A stretch of 64,000 nt of DNA from Stegostoma tigrinum (Eukaryota), in contig NC_081365.1 of the NCBI RefSeq assembly GCF_030684315.1, positions 77,166,127 through 77,230,126 of the forward strand, read 5' to 3'. Under the pieces are notes generated by a model that ran no database searches, had not been told where the DNA came from, and was given only the letters and a program-made list of their open reading frames with translations. The first letter of the stretch is position 1. Every line of letters starts with the position of its first letter. A program made the translations under genes and the position numbers. Positions 26,600 through 38,781 of this stretch are shown one piece after another.

Positions 26600-28420
26600 A
26601 AAGGCATTTTACACTTACGTGAGGAATAAGAGAATGGTCAAAGAAAGAGTAGGGCCGATCAGGGATAGCATAGGGAACTTGTGTGTGGAGCCTGAGGAGG
26701 TAGGGGAAGCCCTAAATGAGTTTTTTGCTTCTGTCTTTACGAAAGAAACGACCTGTGTAGTGAATGAAACCTTTGAAGAGCAGGTGTGCATGCTGGAATG
26801 GATAGAGATAGAGGAAGCTGATGTACTGAAAATTTTGTCAAACATTAAGATTGACAAGTCGCCAGGCCCGGATCAGATTTGTCCTCGGCTGCTTTGGGAA
26901 GCGAGAAATGCAATTGCTTCGCCACTTGCGAAGATCTTTGCATCCTCGCTCTCCACTGGAGTCGTACCTGAGGACTGGAGAGAGGCAAATGTAATTCCTC
27001 TCTTCAAGAAAGGAAATAGGGAAATCCCCGGCAATTATAGACCGGTAAGTCTCACGTCTGTCGTCTGCAAGGTGTTAGAAAGGATTCTGAGGGATAAGAT
27101 TTATGACCATCTGGAAGAGCATGGCTTGATCAAATACAGTCAACACGGCTTTGTGAGGGGTAGGTCATGCCTTACAAACCTTATCGAGTTTTTTGAGGAT
27201 GTGACTAGTAAGGTTGATGAGGGTCAAGCTGTGGATGTGGTGTATATGGACTTCAGTAAGGCATTTGATAAGGTTCCCCATGGAAGGCTCATTCAGAAGG
27301 TCAGGAGGAATGGGATACAGGGGAACTTAGCTGCTTGGATACAGAATTGGCTGGCCAACAGAAGACAGCGAGTGGTAGTAGAAGGAAAATATTCTGCCTG
27401 GAAGTCAGTGGTGAGTGGGGTTCCACAGGGCTCTGTCCTTGGGCCTCTACTGTTTGTAATTTTTATTAATGACTTGGATGAGGGAATTGAAGGATGGGTC
27501 AGCAAGTTTGCAGACGACACAAAGGTCGGAGGTGTCGTTGACAGTGTAGAGGGCTGTTGTAGGCTGCAGCGGGACATTGACAGGATGCAGAGATGGGCTG
27601 AGAGGTGGCAGATGGAGTTCAACCTGGATAAATGCGAGGTGATGCATTTTGGAAGGTCGAATTTGAAAGCTGAGTACAGGATTAAGGATAGGATTCTTGG
27701 CAGCGTGGAGGAACAGAGGGATCTTGGTGTGCAGATACATAGATCCCTTAAAATGGCCACCCAAGTGGACAGGGTTGTTAAGAAAGCATATGGTGTTTTG
27801 GCTTTCATTAACAGGGGGATTGAGTTTAAGAGTCGTGAGATCTTGTTGCAGCTCTATAAAACTTTGGTTAGACCGCACTTGGAATACTGCGTCCAGTTCT
27901 GGGCGCCCTATTATAGGAAAGATGTGGATGCTTTGGAGAGGGTTCAGAGGAGGTTTACCAGGATGCTGCCTGGACTGGAGGGCTTATCTTATGAAGAGAG
28001 GTTGACTGAGCTCGGTCTCTTTTCATTGGAGAAAAGGAGGAGGAGAGGGGACCTAATTGAGGTATACAAGATAATGAGAGGCATAGATAGAGTCGATAGC
28101 CAGAGACTATTTCCCAGGGCAGAAATGGCTAGCACGAGGGGTCATAGTTTTAAGCTGGTTGGTGGAAAGTATAGAGGGGATGTCAGAGGCAGGTTCTTTA
28201 CGCAGAGAGTTGTGAGAGCATGGAATGCGTTGCCAGCAGCAGTTGTGGAAGCAAGGTCATTGGGGTCATTTAAGAGACTGCTGGACATGCATATGGTCAC
28301 AGAAATTTGAGGGTGCATCCATGAGGATCAATGGTCGGCACAACATTGTGGGCTGAAGGGCCTGTTCTGTGCTGTACTGTTCTATGTTCTATGTTCTATG
28401 TTCTATGTTCTATGTTCTAT
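26600..28420 (+). mobile_element. Young 5'-truncated CR1 with (TTCTATG)n tail, inserted in an older antisense CR1
   Basis: Open ORF, 3' UTR and (ttctatg) repeats at 28380-28419; minus-strand CR1 sequence continues on both sides (26366-26600, 28420-28830). Confidence 0.9.
26619..28310 (+). CDS. CR1 LINE ORF2 (5'-truncated), uninterrupted reverse transcriptase domain
   Basis: 563 aa with NYRPVSLTS, YMDFSKAFDKV, GVPQGSVLGP and KFADD RT motifs. Confidence 0.92.
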   Translation: MRNKRMVKERVGPIRDSIGNLCVEPEEVGEALNEFFASVFTKETTCVVNETFEEQVCMLEWIEIEEADVLKILSNIKIDKSPGPDQICPRLLWEARNAIASPLAKIFASSLSTGVVPEDWREANVIPLFKKGNREIPGNYRPVSLTSVVCKVLERILRDKIYDHLEEHGLIKYSQHGFVRGRSCLTNLIEFFEDVTSKVDEGQAVDVVYMDFSKAFDKVPHGRLIQKVRRNGIQGNLAAWIQNWLANRRQRVVVEGKYSAWKSVVSGVPQGSVLGPLLFVIFINDLDEGIEGWVSKFADDTKVGGVVDSVEGCCRLQRDIDRMQRWAERWQMEFNLDKCEVMHFGRSNLKAEYRIKDRILGSVEEQRDLGVQIHRSLKMATQVDRVVKKAYGVLAFINRGIEFKSREILLQLYKTLVRPHLEYCVQFWAPYYRKDVDALERVQRRFTRMLPGLEGLSYEERLTELGLFSLEKRRRRGDLIEVYKIMRGIDRVDSQRLFPRAEMASTRGHSFKLVGGKYRGDVRGRFFTQRVVRAWNALPAAVVEARSLGSFKRLLDMHMVTEI

Positions 28421-29379
28421 TCACGTGAAAATGTTACCTCTCAGGCCCCTTTTAAATCTTTCCTCTTTCACCTTAAACCTATGCCCTCTAGATTTGGGCT
28501 CCCCCTCCCCCACCCCCAGGAAAAAGACCTTGGCTATTCATCCTGTCCGTGCCCCTCATTTTATAAACATCTACAAGGCCATCCCTCAGCCTCCAACATT
28601 TCAGGAAAAATAGCCCCAGCCTATTCAGCCTCTCACTGCGGCTCAAACCCTCCAACCCTAGAGACACCCCTGCAAATCTTTTCTGAATCCACTCAAATTT
28701 CACAACATGTTTCCGGCAGCAGGGAGATTTAGAACTGAATGCAGAATTCCAATAGTGACCTAACCAATGTCCTGTACAGCTGCAACATGACCTTCCCAAC
28801 TCCTTAACTCGATGCATTGACCAACAAAGGTAAGCAGATGATACAGTGTGCTGGGCGCTTAGAAAGTATGTAATGCATTTGGGGCAGCATGGTTTACAGG
28901 GAGCGCAGGGTGTTTTAACAAGAAGGAAAGTCCTGGTTACGGTCTGATACATTGTTTGAAAGAAGATCAATGGTCAGTCTAGATTGTAAGGAGCAAGATG
29001 ATTGGAAATTCCCCCAGTTCACCCTGACCCATACCCCGGTGTGCTTTACAGGCTAAGGAAGTACTTGAAGGCAAGGTAGAAACGGATTCAATTGTAACTT
29101 TTAAATATGCATTGGATAAATACACGAGCAAAAAAATTTGCAGGGTTACGAAGTCTGGCTCAAGGCTTGGCATCAGCTGAATCACAGAATCAGCACAGGA
29201 CAAAATGAGGTCATTCCACCCATCATGTCTGTGCTGGTTCTACAAATAAGTGATTCACTTAGCACCACTCTCCTGCCTTCTCCCTGTAACTCTGTCCAAA
29301 TCATTTTCGCAGATAACAATCTGTTCAAACCGAACCTCCCTCCACCACACTCTCGGGCAATACATTCCAAACCCTAACT

Positions 29380-31775
29380 ACTCATCATATGACAACGATT
29401 TTCCCCATGTCACTACTGCTTCTTTTGCCAATTATTACAAATGTGGGTCCCCTTGTTTTCAATCCCTTTGTCATGAGGGACAGTTTCTCACGACGTCCAG
29501 ACCCCTCATGATTTGGAACTCCTCCATCAAATTTCCACTCGACCTTCTCTTCTCCGAGGAGAACAGTCCCAACTTCTCCAATCTATCTTCATCACTGAAG
29601 TCCCTCATCCCTGGAGCAATTCTTGTCAATATTTTCTGCGCTCTCTCCCATCCCTTCATCTGAAAAAGTGTCATGCTCAAACCTAAATTCTCCAGCTGAG
29701 GCTGGTCATTGCTGAGCCAAAGGGCCTGTTCCTGAGCTGCTTTGAAGGGTGTAAACCAGATGGACCCTGATCATAGTGTCATACAGTCATACAGCAAGTC
29801 ATAAACTAGTCCCATTTGCCTACACTTAGCCCATATCCTTCTAAACCATTCCCATTCCTGTACCTGTCCAAATGTCTTTTAACTGTTGTAACTGTGCCTG
29901 CAGCTACCACTTCCTCCAAAAGCTCATTCCACGTGTGAAGCACACTCTGTGTGAAAAAATTGCCCCTCAGTTCCCTTTTAAGCATTTTCCTCTCACCTTA
30001 AAATGATGCTGTCTGGTTTTGGACTCCCCTATCCTCGGGAAAAGACCTTTGCTTTTCATCTTATCTATGCTCCTCATGATTTTATAAAGCTCTATAACGG
30101 TCATCTCTCAACCTCCCATACTCCAGTGAAAAAAAATCCCAGCGTATTCAACCTCTCCTTTTAACTCAAATTCTCCAGTCCCAGTAACATCCTAGTTGTG
30201 AGGGACTAGATTTTATCTTAATTAAATTCAAAAGGCCACAACCAATTCAAGTGGAGAATTGCAACAGGTCTTCTGAAAGTCCTTGAGACTGAATATATTA
30301 TGTACATGGAATGAGCTGTCAGAGGAAGCCACAGAGTCATAAAGTCATACCCCGCCGAAACAAACCCTTTGCTCCAACTCAGCCATGTCGACCAGATATC
30401 CCAATCTGACCTAGTCCCATTTGTCAGCATTTGGCCCATGTCCCTCTAAACCCTTCCTATTCATGTACCCATCCAGGTGCCTTTTAAATGCTGTAATTGT
30501 ACCAGCCTCCACTGCTCCCTCTGGCAGCTCATTCCATACACACACCACCCTCTGTGTGAAAATGTTACCCCTCAGGTCCCTGTAAAATCTTTCCCCTCTC
30601 ACCTTAAACTTATGTCCTCTAGGTTTGGACTCCCCCACCTTGGGAAAAAAATTTGCCAATTCAACCTAGCCATGCTGCTTATGATTTTATAAACCTCAAT
30701 AAGGTCACCCCTCATCCTCCAACACTCCAGGGAAAATAGCCCCAGCCTATTCAGCCTCTCCCTATAGCTCGAACTCTTCAGTTCCAATATCAATGAAGAA
30801 ATATATTGCTTACCTGATAACAATGTTCAATTTACTCTGGATCACTACATTTGTATATCGTTCACATTTTTCAAATAAAGTGGGAGATGCAGGGGTAGTT
30901 GCAACATTTGAAAGATATTTCGACGAATAGGAATGGTTTAGAGGAATATGGGCTTAATGCGTGAAAATGAGCCCAGTTTAGTTTGGGAACATGGTCCACC
31001 TGGACGAGTTGAGCTGAAGGACCTGTTTCCATGTTGTATGAGTGTACGACTCTATAACTCTATGAAAAGAAGAAGGCTACAAGTCAAACAAAGATGATGA
31101 ATCCATAGATGCAGCTTTGAGCTTGCTTTCGTGGAGTGGAGTAGCCCTGCACCCACTCCACTGTTTGATGGGAGTTGCATGCTGTCCCACTCTGTGTCTA
31201 TTCAGTGAAGCTTATGTATGAAGAAGCAGCCCAACGGCCAATCTCCCACTAGTGGCGGTCAGGGATTCAGTCATTTCTCCAGGAGCTTTCTGAATTTTTG
31301 CCCTCACACCCATTATCGTTCCCTTTCCCTTTAATTGTTCGCAACTCTTAAACGTTGTCTCCTCCAAGCAATTCTCCTCCCCCCACCTCACTGGTGTCAC
31401 TACACACACCCACCACCCTCCCTGACAACTATATTTATACCCGGGCTCGTAGAAGATTACACAAATGAGAATAGGCTCAATGGTCGAGCCCACCAGCTCT
31501 TGGGTTTAAGGTGAAATGGGAAAAATTTTAAAGGGACAACATTTTAATGCAGAGGGTGGTGGGTGTATGGAATGTGCTGCCAAAGGAAGTGGTGAAAGCT
31601 GGCTTAATTACAACAGTTAAAAGGTATCTGGACAGACATGTGAATAGGAAGGGTGTAGAGGGATATGGGCCAAATGCTGGCAAATGGGATTATATTGATT
31701 TAAGATGACTGGTCAACGTGGGCAAGTTGGACGAAAGGGTCTGTCTCTGTGCTGTACAACCCTATGACTCTATTC
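29380..31775. mobile_element. Cluster of CR1 3'-end fragments (several copies, both strands)
   Basis: Repeated RGHKFKVRGERF..FTQRVV.VWNELP and RGDLIEVYKI peptides. Confidence 0.7.
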
Positions 31776-32339
31776 AGGTAGGTCTGAAAATGGCACAAAG
31801 CAAATTAAAATGAGTCAAGGGCTCAATGGAGTGGGCGGCCTCCTTCAGAGCCATAATGGCTTTAACAGTGACTCTGAACGTGACAATGCAAAGCAAACAT
31901 CTCCTCAATCTCAGTCCGATAACAAGTCAGCAAAAAGAGCTGGAATTAGATAGGCATGAAGGAAAAGTTCCTGAAAGGATCACTCAGGTGGATGATGTGT
32001 TGAGTTGAAAGAGGAGAAGAGGGTCTGGTATAGGGAACAACAGAGTGAGAGACCGATTTGTGTATCTGCCCCTTATGGTAGGACAGTGAAGAATGTGTTA
32101 AAGACTAGAATTGAGTCCATAGGAGGAACACACTGAAAGAGAAACTGAATGTAAAGACTTGGTATCATATGTACGTCCATGAATGGTGCAATCTAAAACC
32201 AAGAAAACACTGGAAGTCATATCAGATATTTTCCTAAAATTAACCAAGACAAAATTAATCCAGATTTCCAAATGCTTATACTAAATGTAATATTGTCCTG
32301 TATCGAAATACTGACAGAGTTCTGTGCATTCATTCCTAC

Positions 32340-32444
32340 CTGAAAGAAAATGCTGAAGAGTGTTGACATAATATTGCCAGGACTTTGGATTTGAGATATT
32401 AAAGGAGATCTTCAAACCTCTCGGCTCCGGTCGTATTGTCACAC
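32340..32444 (-). CDS. ATP4B: H+/K+-ATPase beta-like, exon 3: (G)VTIRPEPRGLKISFNISNPKSWQYYVNTLQHFLS
   Basis: gttttag|GT ... TCA G|gtagg; 105 nt, phase 1/1; GVTIRP motif. Confidence 0.9.
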
Positions 32445-33579
32445 CTAAAACAGGGCACAACTCAAATTTACTGCAGAGTTGCAGAGGCAGTATTCACAAA
32501 GGGAGCAAAAAGCATCAGAAACAGAGAAAGGTTTACAATGTGAAAACATCGATCTATCGATGTGTCCATTTTGTAGGAGAAAACAGGATTTAAAAGGTTT
32601 GCTAATTTTCATCGGCCCTTATTCAATTATTTTGGTCTAAAGTAATTTTCATTTGCATTTTTTTTAATGAAGATAGAGAAACGTTTTACCTGTAAGAAAA
32701 ATATATTATACAGCACAGTGCATGATAGGAGAATGACAAACACTCACCTTGATGAACATTGTTGAACTTTTTATTTTACTTGTTTATTTTTCTACTTTAT
32801 ACTAAAAAGGATTTTAATATTGAACTGCTATATTTCCTTATTTTTCTACTTTCTACCTAAGATTTCATACCTTGACATAGTGCTGTGAATGGCAACATTG
32901 TAAACTTTTCACTGTATTCTTGTATCCCTGTAAAATCAAATTCTAATTCTAATTCCAATTCTATTTCTAACTCTAATTCTAATTCTATGACATAGGACAA
33001 ACAGAATGTGATACACAGGGCTAAGCAATCCCGTAGCCAACTAATCAGATCTGTGCTCTACAGGCCTGCCACATCCAGTCGTGAATGGTGATGGACATTT
33101 AAGCAGCTCACAGAAGGAGGAGGAGGCGCCACGAATATCCCCATCCTCAGGGATAGGAGAGAGCCCGGCACATCAGCAAAATTCAGCTGAAGCTTTTGCA
33201 ACAATCTTCGGCTAGGATTGCCGAGTGGTTGATCCATCTCGGCTTCCTCCAGGGATCCCCATTATCACAGACATCAGCCTTCTGTCAACTCAATTATTTG
33301 TACATGATCTTGAGATATAGCTGAAGTCTCTGGGTAATATGAAGGCTGTGGGGCCTTGCTACATTCTGGCCAGAGCGCTGACAACTTGTGCTCCGGAACT
33401 AGCCACACCCCTAGGTAATCTGTTCTAGTGCAGCTATAACACCAGTAATTACTGAAGTGATGGAAGGGATAATCAGCAGTGCTATCAAGTGGCACTCACT
33501 CAGTTACAGCCTGCTCACTGACACTCAGTCTGGGTTGAGCATAAAACATTCAAAACATCTGCTACTGAAGCAGCCTGTA

Positions 33580-33820
33580 CTGCAGGGACCATTCCCCCCG
33601 GGATACCCTGGCCCTGTCTTCCTTCTCTCCCAACATCACCCCACTGCCCCACAGTGCCTTCCCCTAAAAATGCCATAGGTGTAACACCTGCCCATTTACC
33701 CCCTCCCTCCCCAGTTTCCAAGGGCCCAAACGTACCTTCCTGGTGAAACATCTCTTCACCTGCTGCTCACACAATCTCGTCTGCTGCAACCACTGCTCAC
33801 AATGTCATCTCCTCTAGAGA
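33580..33820 (+). mobile_element. Decayed Penelope-like GIY-YIG endonuclease fragment
   Basis: Homologous to 58243-58520 (CNTCPFT...GPKRTFLVKHLFTC..NLVCC..CSQC.LL). Confidence 0.6.
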
Positions 33821-34457
33821 GGCCCTTTGGTTCTCCAAGCCTGTGCCAATTCTAATCCTTATTTAGACCCTCTACTTATTGTCAATCCACAGTTCCTAAA
33901 CATCTGTTCACCATCCCGCCACACCACCCCCCCGCCTCATGTGTCTTATCATCATATGCCTTAAACATTGCTAATGTGCCTGCTTCCACCTACCTCTGCT
34001 GGCAGTGCATTCCAAACACCATCACCCTCTGTGTGAAAACGTTTCCCTGCACTTCCCTTCTCACCTCGAGTCTGTGCCCTCTAGTAGTTGACCTTTCCAC
34101 TCTGGGGAAAAGCCCCTCACTGTCCAGCCTATCTATGCCTCTCATAATTTTGTAGATCTCTATCAGGCTGCCCCTCAGCCTCTATCTTTCCAGGGAAAAG
34201 AATCTGAGTTTATCCAATTTCTCCTCATAACTAAAAACCCTCCAGACCAGGTAACATCCTGGTAAACATTCCCTGCACCCTCTCCAAAGCATCCAGGTCC
34301 TTCTGGCCATGTGGAAACCAGACTGCATGCTACATTCCAAATATTATACAGCTTTATTACATAACAGAGAGAAGCAGAGTGAGACAGACTGATTGTTGCA
34401 CACAGTTCGCAATCAGACCGAGGCACACTGTTACACAAAAGTATTTACAGATCTCAC

Positions 34458-34586
34458 CTGGTGATTTCAGCTGGTCTTGGTAGGTTGGTGTATAGGGATC
34501 CGTTGTGGTCAACAGCAGAAAGAGAGCCAGTGCAAACAATGCACACATTACAACATAGAAGGCTCCGTAGTATAGAATGATGAGAA
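34458..34586 (-). CDS. ATP4B: H+/K+-ATPase beta-like, exon 2 (TM helix): (V)[42 protein letters not shown]
   Basis: tcccccag|TT ... CCA G|gtgag; 129 nt, phase 1/1; DPYTP.YQDQL.SPG is ATP4B-like. Confidence 0.92.
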
Positions 34587-35189
34587 CTGGGGGAAGGGTA
34601 GAGATGTTATATCAAAGACATACATCACAGAAACAGTCCATTCAGCCTGGCCATGACTCGCTTCTCTAGACGAACCTCCCCCAGCCTTCGGGTCCATTTT
34701 CATCATTTTAATTCTTTATTCCCTTCTCACTTATGCCCTCATTCAAACTCCAACTTCAGTTGAAATTCCACAATCCCCATGAAATCCATTAGAACACAAC
34801 ACTTCCTGTTGCACTGGCCGGGATTTTTGTGATTACAGGCATAGCAGAACTGTGGACATTCAATGTTATCAGCGTGTGAAATGGATAGCAATTTCAGCCG
34901 CCAGCACATTCTCAGTTAGATTTTGTAAATTGCTGTCAGTCACAGCCTGCTCCTTTGCTGCATTCACTGAGTTACTCACCCCTGAGGCAATCAGCGTAAT
35001 ATCGATATTCAGCATTAAACACCCTGTCCAAGCTGCACCAAGCGCTGAAAAAGTTTCTCAATCTCTCAATGTTCTTTGCACCAAAGAAACAGGCCCTTGA
35101 GCCCACCGTATCTATCACAAGCACCAAATTACGTTGGCCCCATTCACCTGCACTTATTCCATGGCCTACTAGCCCTGACATTTTAAGTA

Positions 35190-35400
35190 AAAACCGAAAG
35201 AACTGCGGATGATGCAAATCAGGGACAAAAACAAAAGTGACTGGAAAAGCTCAGCGGGTCTGGCAGCATCTGTGAAGGAAAAAACAGAGTTAACGTTTCG
35301 GGCCCGGTGTCCCTTCCTCAGAACTCACCGGACCCGAAACGTTAACTCTGTTTTCTCCTCCACAGATGCTGCCAGACCTGCTGAGCTTTTCCAGCAACTT
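35190..35400. mobile_element. Fold-back Penelope-like terminal-repeat element
   Basis: Inverted arms 35241-35309 / 35326-35394 around the hammerhead core. Confidence 0.75.
35287..35326 (-). ncRNA. Minimal type I hammerhead ribozyme (intact core)
   Basis: Minus strand GAGUU CUGAGGA A GGG acaccggg CCC GAAA CGUU AACUC: core boxes, stem II, palindromic ACGU in place of stem III, 5-bp stem I GAGUU/AACUC. Confidence 0.75.
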
Positions 35401-36582
35401 CTGACATTTTAAGTGCTCATCCAGATGCTTCGTAAATGTCATGAGAGTGCTTATCTCCACTGCCCTCTCAGGCAACACATTCCAACCTCTAGGGGAGAAA
35501 ACAATTTTCTCAGAACTCCTCTAAACCGTTTCCTCCGCACTTTAAATTTATGCCCTCTGGTCTTAGACATGTCTGCCATGGGGACAGAGTTCTTACAAAT
35601 TACACTCTCATAATTCTGTAGTCCTCAATAAGATCCCATCCTCGACTTCCTCTGCTCCACAGAAAACAAACCCAGTCTATCCTTTCTCTCCCTTATAACC
35701 GAGACTTTCCACCACTGGCAACATCCTGGTGAATCTCCCCTGCACCTTCTCCTGTGTAATCATGTCCTTCCGATAGTGTAGCTCACTGGGTTCCATCTGT
35801 GGCCTAACCAATGTTTTATATAGTTGTAACAAGACTTCCTTTCTACACTCTGGCTAATGAAGGTAAGCATCCCATCTACCTTCTTCTATATTATTCCACT
35901 CAAGCCATACACAATGTTGAGGTATAGCTCCTCACCTTCCAATGGGTTTTTAGCAGGTTTCTAGACTCAACAATGAGTTCAACAATTTCAAACTTTTAAT
36001 GTCTGTTCCCCCTTTTGCTTCCTTTCTTCGGTTCTGTCTGGCCTCTCTGTTGTTGGACTGTAGCCATACTGCTATTCATATTTCTTATGGTCATACCTCT
36101 TGTTTCTTCAACCCCCCTCTAGGCGCACCGTCTCCTTTCAATGATAATAAATCTTACTATCTTTCAAATTTTCCTCTGAGAGGTCATCCGTCTGAAATAT
36201 TAATTTCACTTCTCTGGCTTGCTAAGAACTATCGACATTTTCTGTTTTTTATTTTATATCTCCAGCATCCACATTATGTTGTTTCCAGAAAGATTCATTT
36301 GAATGAGCTTTTCAAGGACTTACCAATTTATGGTTATAGCTAAACCCCTCTCTGGCCCTGACACACTAACTTTGGAAATCCGTGTCCAACGATAAACATT
36401 CTAAAGATTTTTAAAATAATAATGACTTTTAAAATGTTTAATACTTCAGATTCCACTATTATCTGTCTATGATCTATCCAGTGACAGTCTTCAACCTTCC
36501 TAAAAGGATTTCAAAAAAACAGACAACCTGTGCTTTTAATTGTATCAGAGATAATGGGAACTGCAGATGCTGGAGAATTCCA

Positions 36583-36766
36583 AGATAATAAAATGTGAGG
36601 CTGGATGAACACAGCAGGCCAAGCAGCATCTCAGGAGCACAAAAGCTGACGTTTAGGGCCTAGACCCTTCATCATGATGAAGGGTCTAGGCCCGAAACGT
36701 CAGCTTTTGTGCTCCTGAGATGCTGCTTGGCCTGCTGTGTTCATCCAGCCTCACATTTTATTATCT
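36583..36766. repeat. 92-bp-arm palindrome (1 mismatch, no spacer) made of two Penelope terminal repeats
   Basis: agataataaaatgtgagg...cccttcatca|tgatgaaggg...cctcacattttattatct; axis 36674/36675; element extends left to ~36545. Confidence 0.92.
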
Positions 36767-37070
36767 GTGCTTTTAATTCCCTGGTTTGTTTTACAAAAGA
36801 TTTTCGTTCTTCATTCTGATTCTCAGTGAGCCCGTTTTCCAGTCAACCACACATACTCTGTGGTTTGTACTGGGATCTCACTGCCCTGTTCTCCCCTCAC
36901 TGACAACAGGTGGTTCTGGGATTTCTATGCCCACTCTCCCCTTGCCGACCAGTAGGTGGTGTTGAAATCAAATATGTCACAACTGGGGAAAGGATACCTT
37001 CTAAATATTTGTGGTCAACTTTCTCCAAAGTTATGGCCAGCAGTGTCCTAAAACTGGGTGACTAAACTTT

Positions 37071-37195
37071 TTCTGATGAAGGCCCGAAACGTCAGCTTTT
37101 GTGCTCCTGAGATGCTGCTTGGCCTGCTGTGTTCATCCAGCCCCACACCTTGTTATCTCAGATTCTCCAGCATCTGCAGTTCCCATTATCTCTGA
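37071..37195 (+). mobile_element. Penelope terminal repeat with hammerhead core missing part of stem II
   Basis: ttCTGATGAaggcccGAAACGTCagcttttgtgctcctgagatgctgc...cagttcccattatctctga. Confidence 0.75.
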
Positions 37196-37739
37196 CTAAA
37201 CGCAACAGGCTATTATTACACCAGAGTAAAAACAAGATAAAGAATAGTTCACTTCCAAAAATGGCCCACAGTCCAGCAGCAAATGAACTTTCCACATCAA
37301 GGATAATGGAGCAGAATTATGCTTGAATGGGCATTGGGTGACATAATCAGTCCTTATAATGTTTATAAATTGTTCTTATCGTATCTCCCTACCTATCTGT
37401 TACCTTTACACTTATTAAAACTACAATTAGGGTGCTGATACTCAGAATCACAACCCTTCCTTTACCCAGCAAAGTCTTTTAATTAATTCTGGTCAAATTT
37501 CTAGCTGTGCAGAATGGATTGGAGGGCAAATATATCTGAAAGGTTCTCAGAAAAAGAGTTACTCTTTGGAATGTTAATCATGGGACACAGATTTCCAAAG
37601 TTAGCGTTTCAGGGCTAGAGAGGGGATCTAGCTATGACTACAAATTGGTATGTCCCTAATGAGCCATTTATAAAACCACTGCACTTTCCAGCAACACTTA
37701 GACCACAGTGTCTGTACTCATGCTCCTACAGCAATCCAT

Positions 37740-38200
37740 TACCAATCCCACTGCCCCACCCTCTCCTCAATCAATCTCAGCAAATCAGTCTTTTTTTCTC
37801 CTAAATTCCCAAGTATCAATCCCAAATATATCCCTCTGTTTGACTCCCTACCATTGCATCAATTCCAATTCTAATCCCACGAACTCATTCTCTCCCCATA
37901 ACCCTGTATCAATCCCAAACTCTCCCCAAAGTCCTGTATCAATCTAAAACTATTCCTATTCCCTCTCCATAGCTTTATATCAATCCCAAAGTAATTCATT
38001 TGTCTCACTCCCTCCCCGTAGCCTTGTATCAATTCCAGACTAATCCCCTGCTGCCCTGCTCCCTCTCAATAGCCCTGCATCAATCTCAATCTAATCCCAC
38101 TGCCCTGCTCTCTCCCTACACTACTCTATCTATACCAAATTAGCCCCACTATCCCACTCTCTCTTCATAGCCCTGTGCCAATCCCAAACTGACCCACTGC
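37740..38200. repeat. Degenerate ~50-bp C-rich tandem repeat
   Basis: Recurrent aatcccactgccctgctctctccc.atagccctgtatcaatcccaaact. Confidence 0.7.
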
Positions 38201-38781
38201 TGACAAAATAGCTGTGTAATCTCAATTTCCAAATTGTCAACCATATTTCTCTTCCCCAGTATTATCCTGGTGAATCATTGGCCACAAACATATCACTATT
38301 ATTGAGTCATACAGCGTGGAAACAGACCCTTCGGTCCAACCAGTCCATGCCAGCTATATTCCCAAATTAAACTAGTCTCACCTGCCTGCACTTGGCCCAC
38401 ATCCCTCCAATCCTTTCCTATTCATGAACTGATCCAAAAGTCTTTTAAACATGGTAACTCTATCCACATCCATCACTTTGTCTGGAAGTTCATTCCACAC
38501 ATTCTGTGTAAAAAAGTTTCCCCTCGTGTCCTTTTGAAATGTTTCTCCTCTCACCTTGAAACATGCCCCCTACTTTTGAACTCCCCCACCCTAGGGAAAA
38601 GACCCTCTTCATTCACCTTATCTATGCCGCTCAACCCCCGAACTGCTAGCCGACCAGCGTTTAGAATAAACACCTCATGACTTGTCTCCTCCTCTCGTAA
38701 CTTCTGCCCTCAAAGAATTTGCGAACCATTTTTGCCCGAAGCTGCCCAATCCCATTTCACGCTGTTGAGGGTCCGACCTAC

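Noticed and set aside
26619-28310. Domesticated RT gene or retron-like system
   Set aside because: Ordinary 5'-truncated CR1 with 3' UTR and microsatellite tail, and many decayed relatives in the window.
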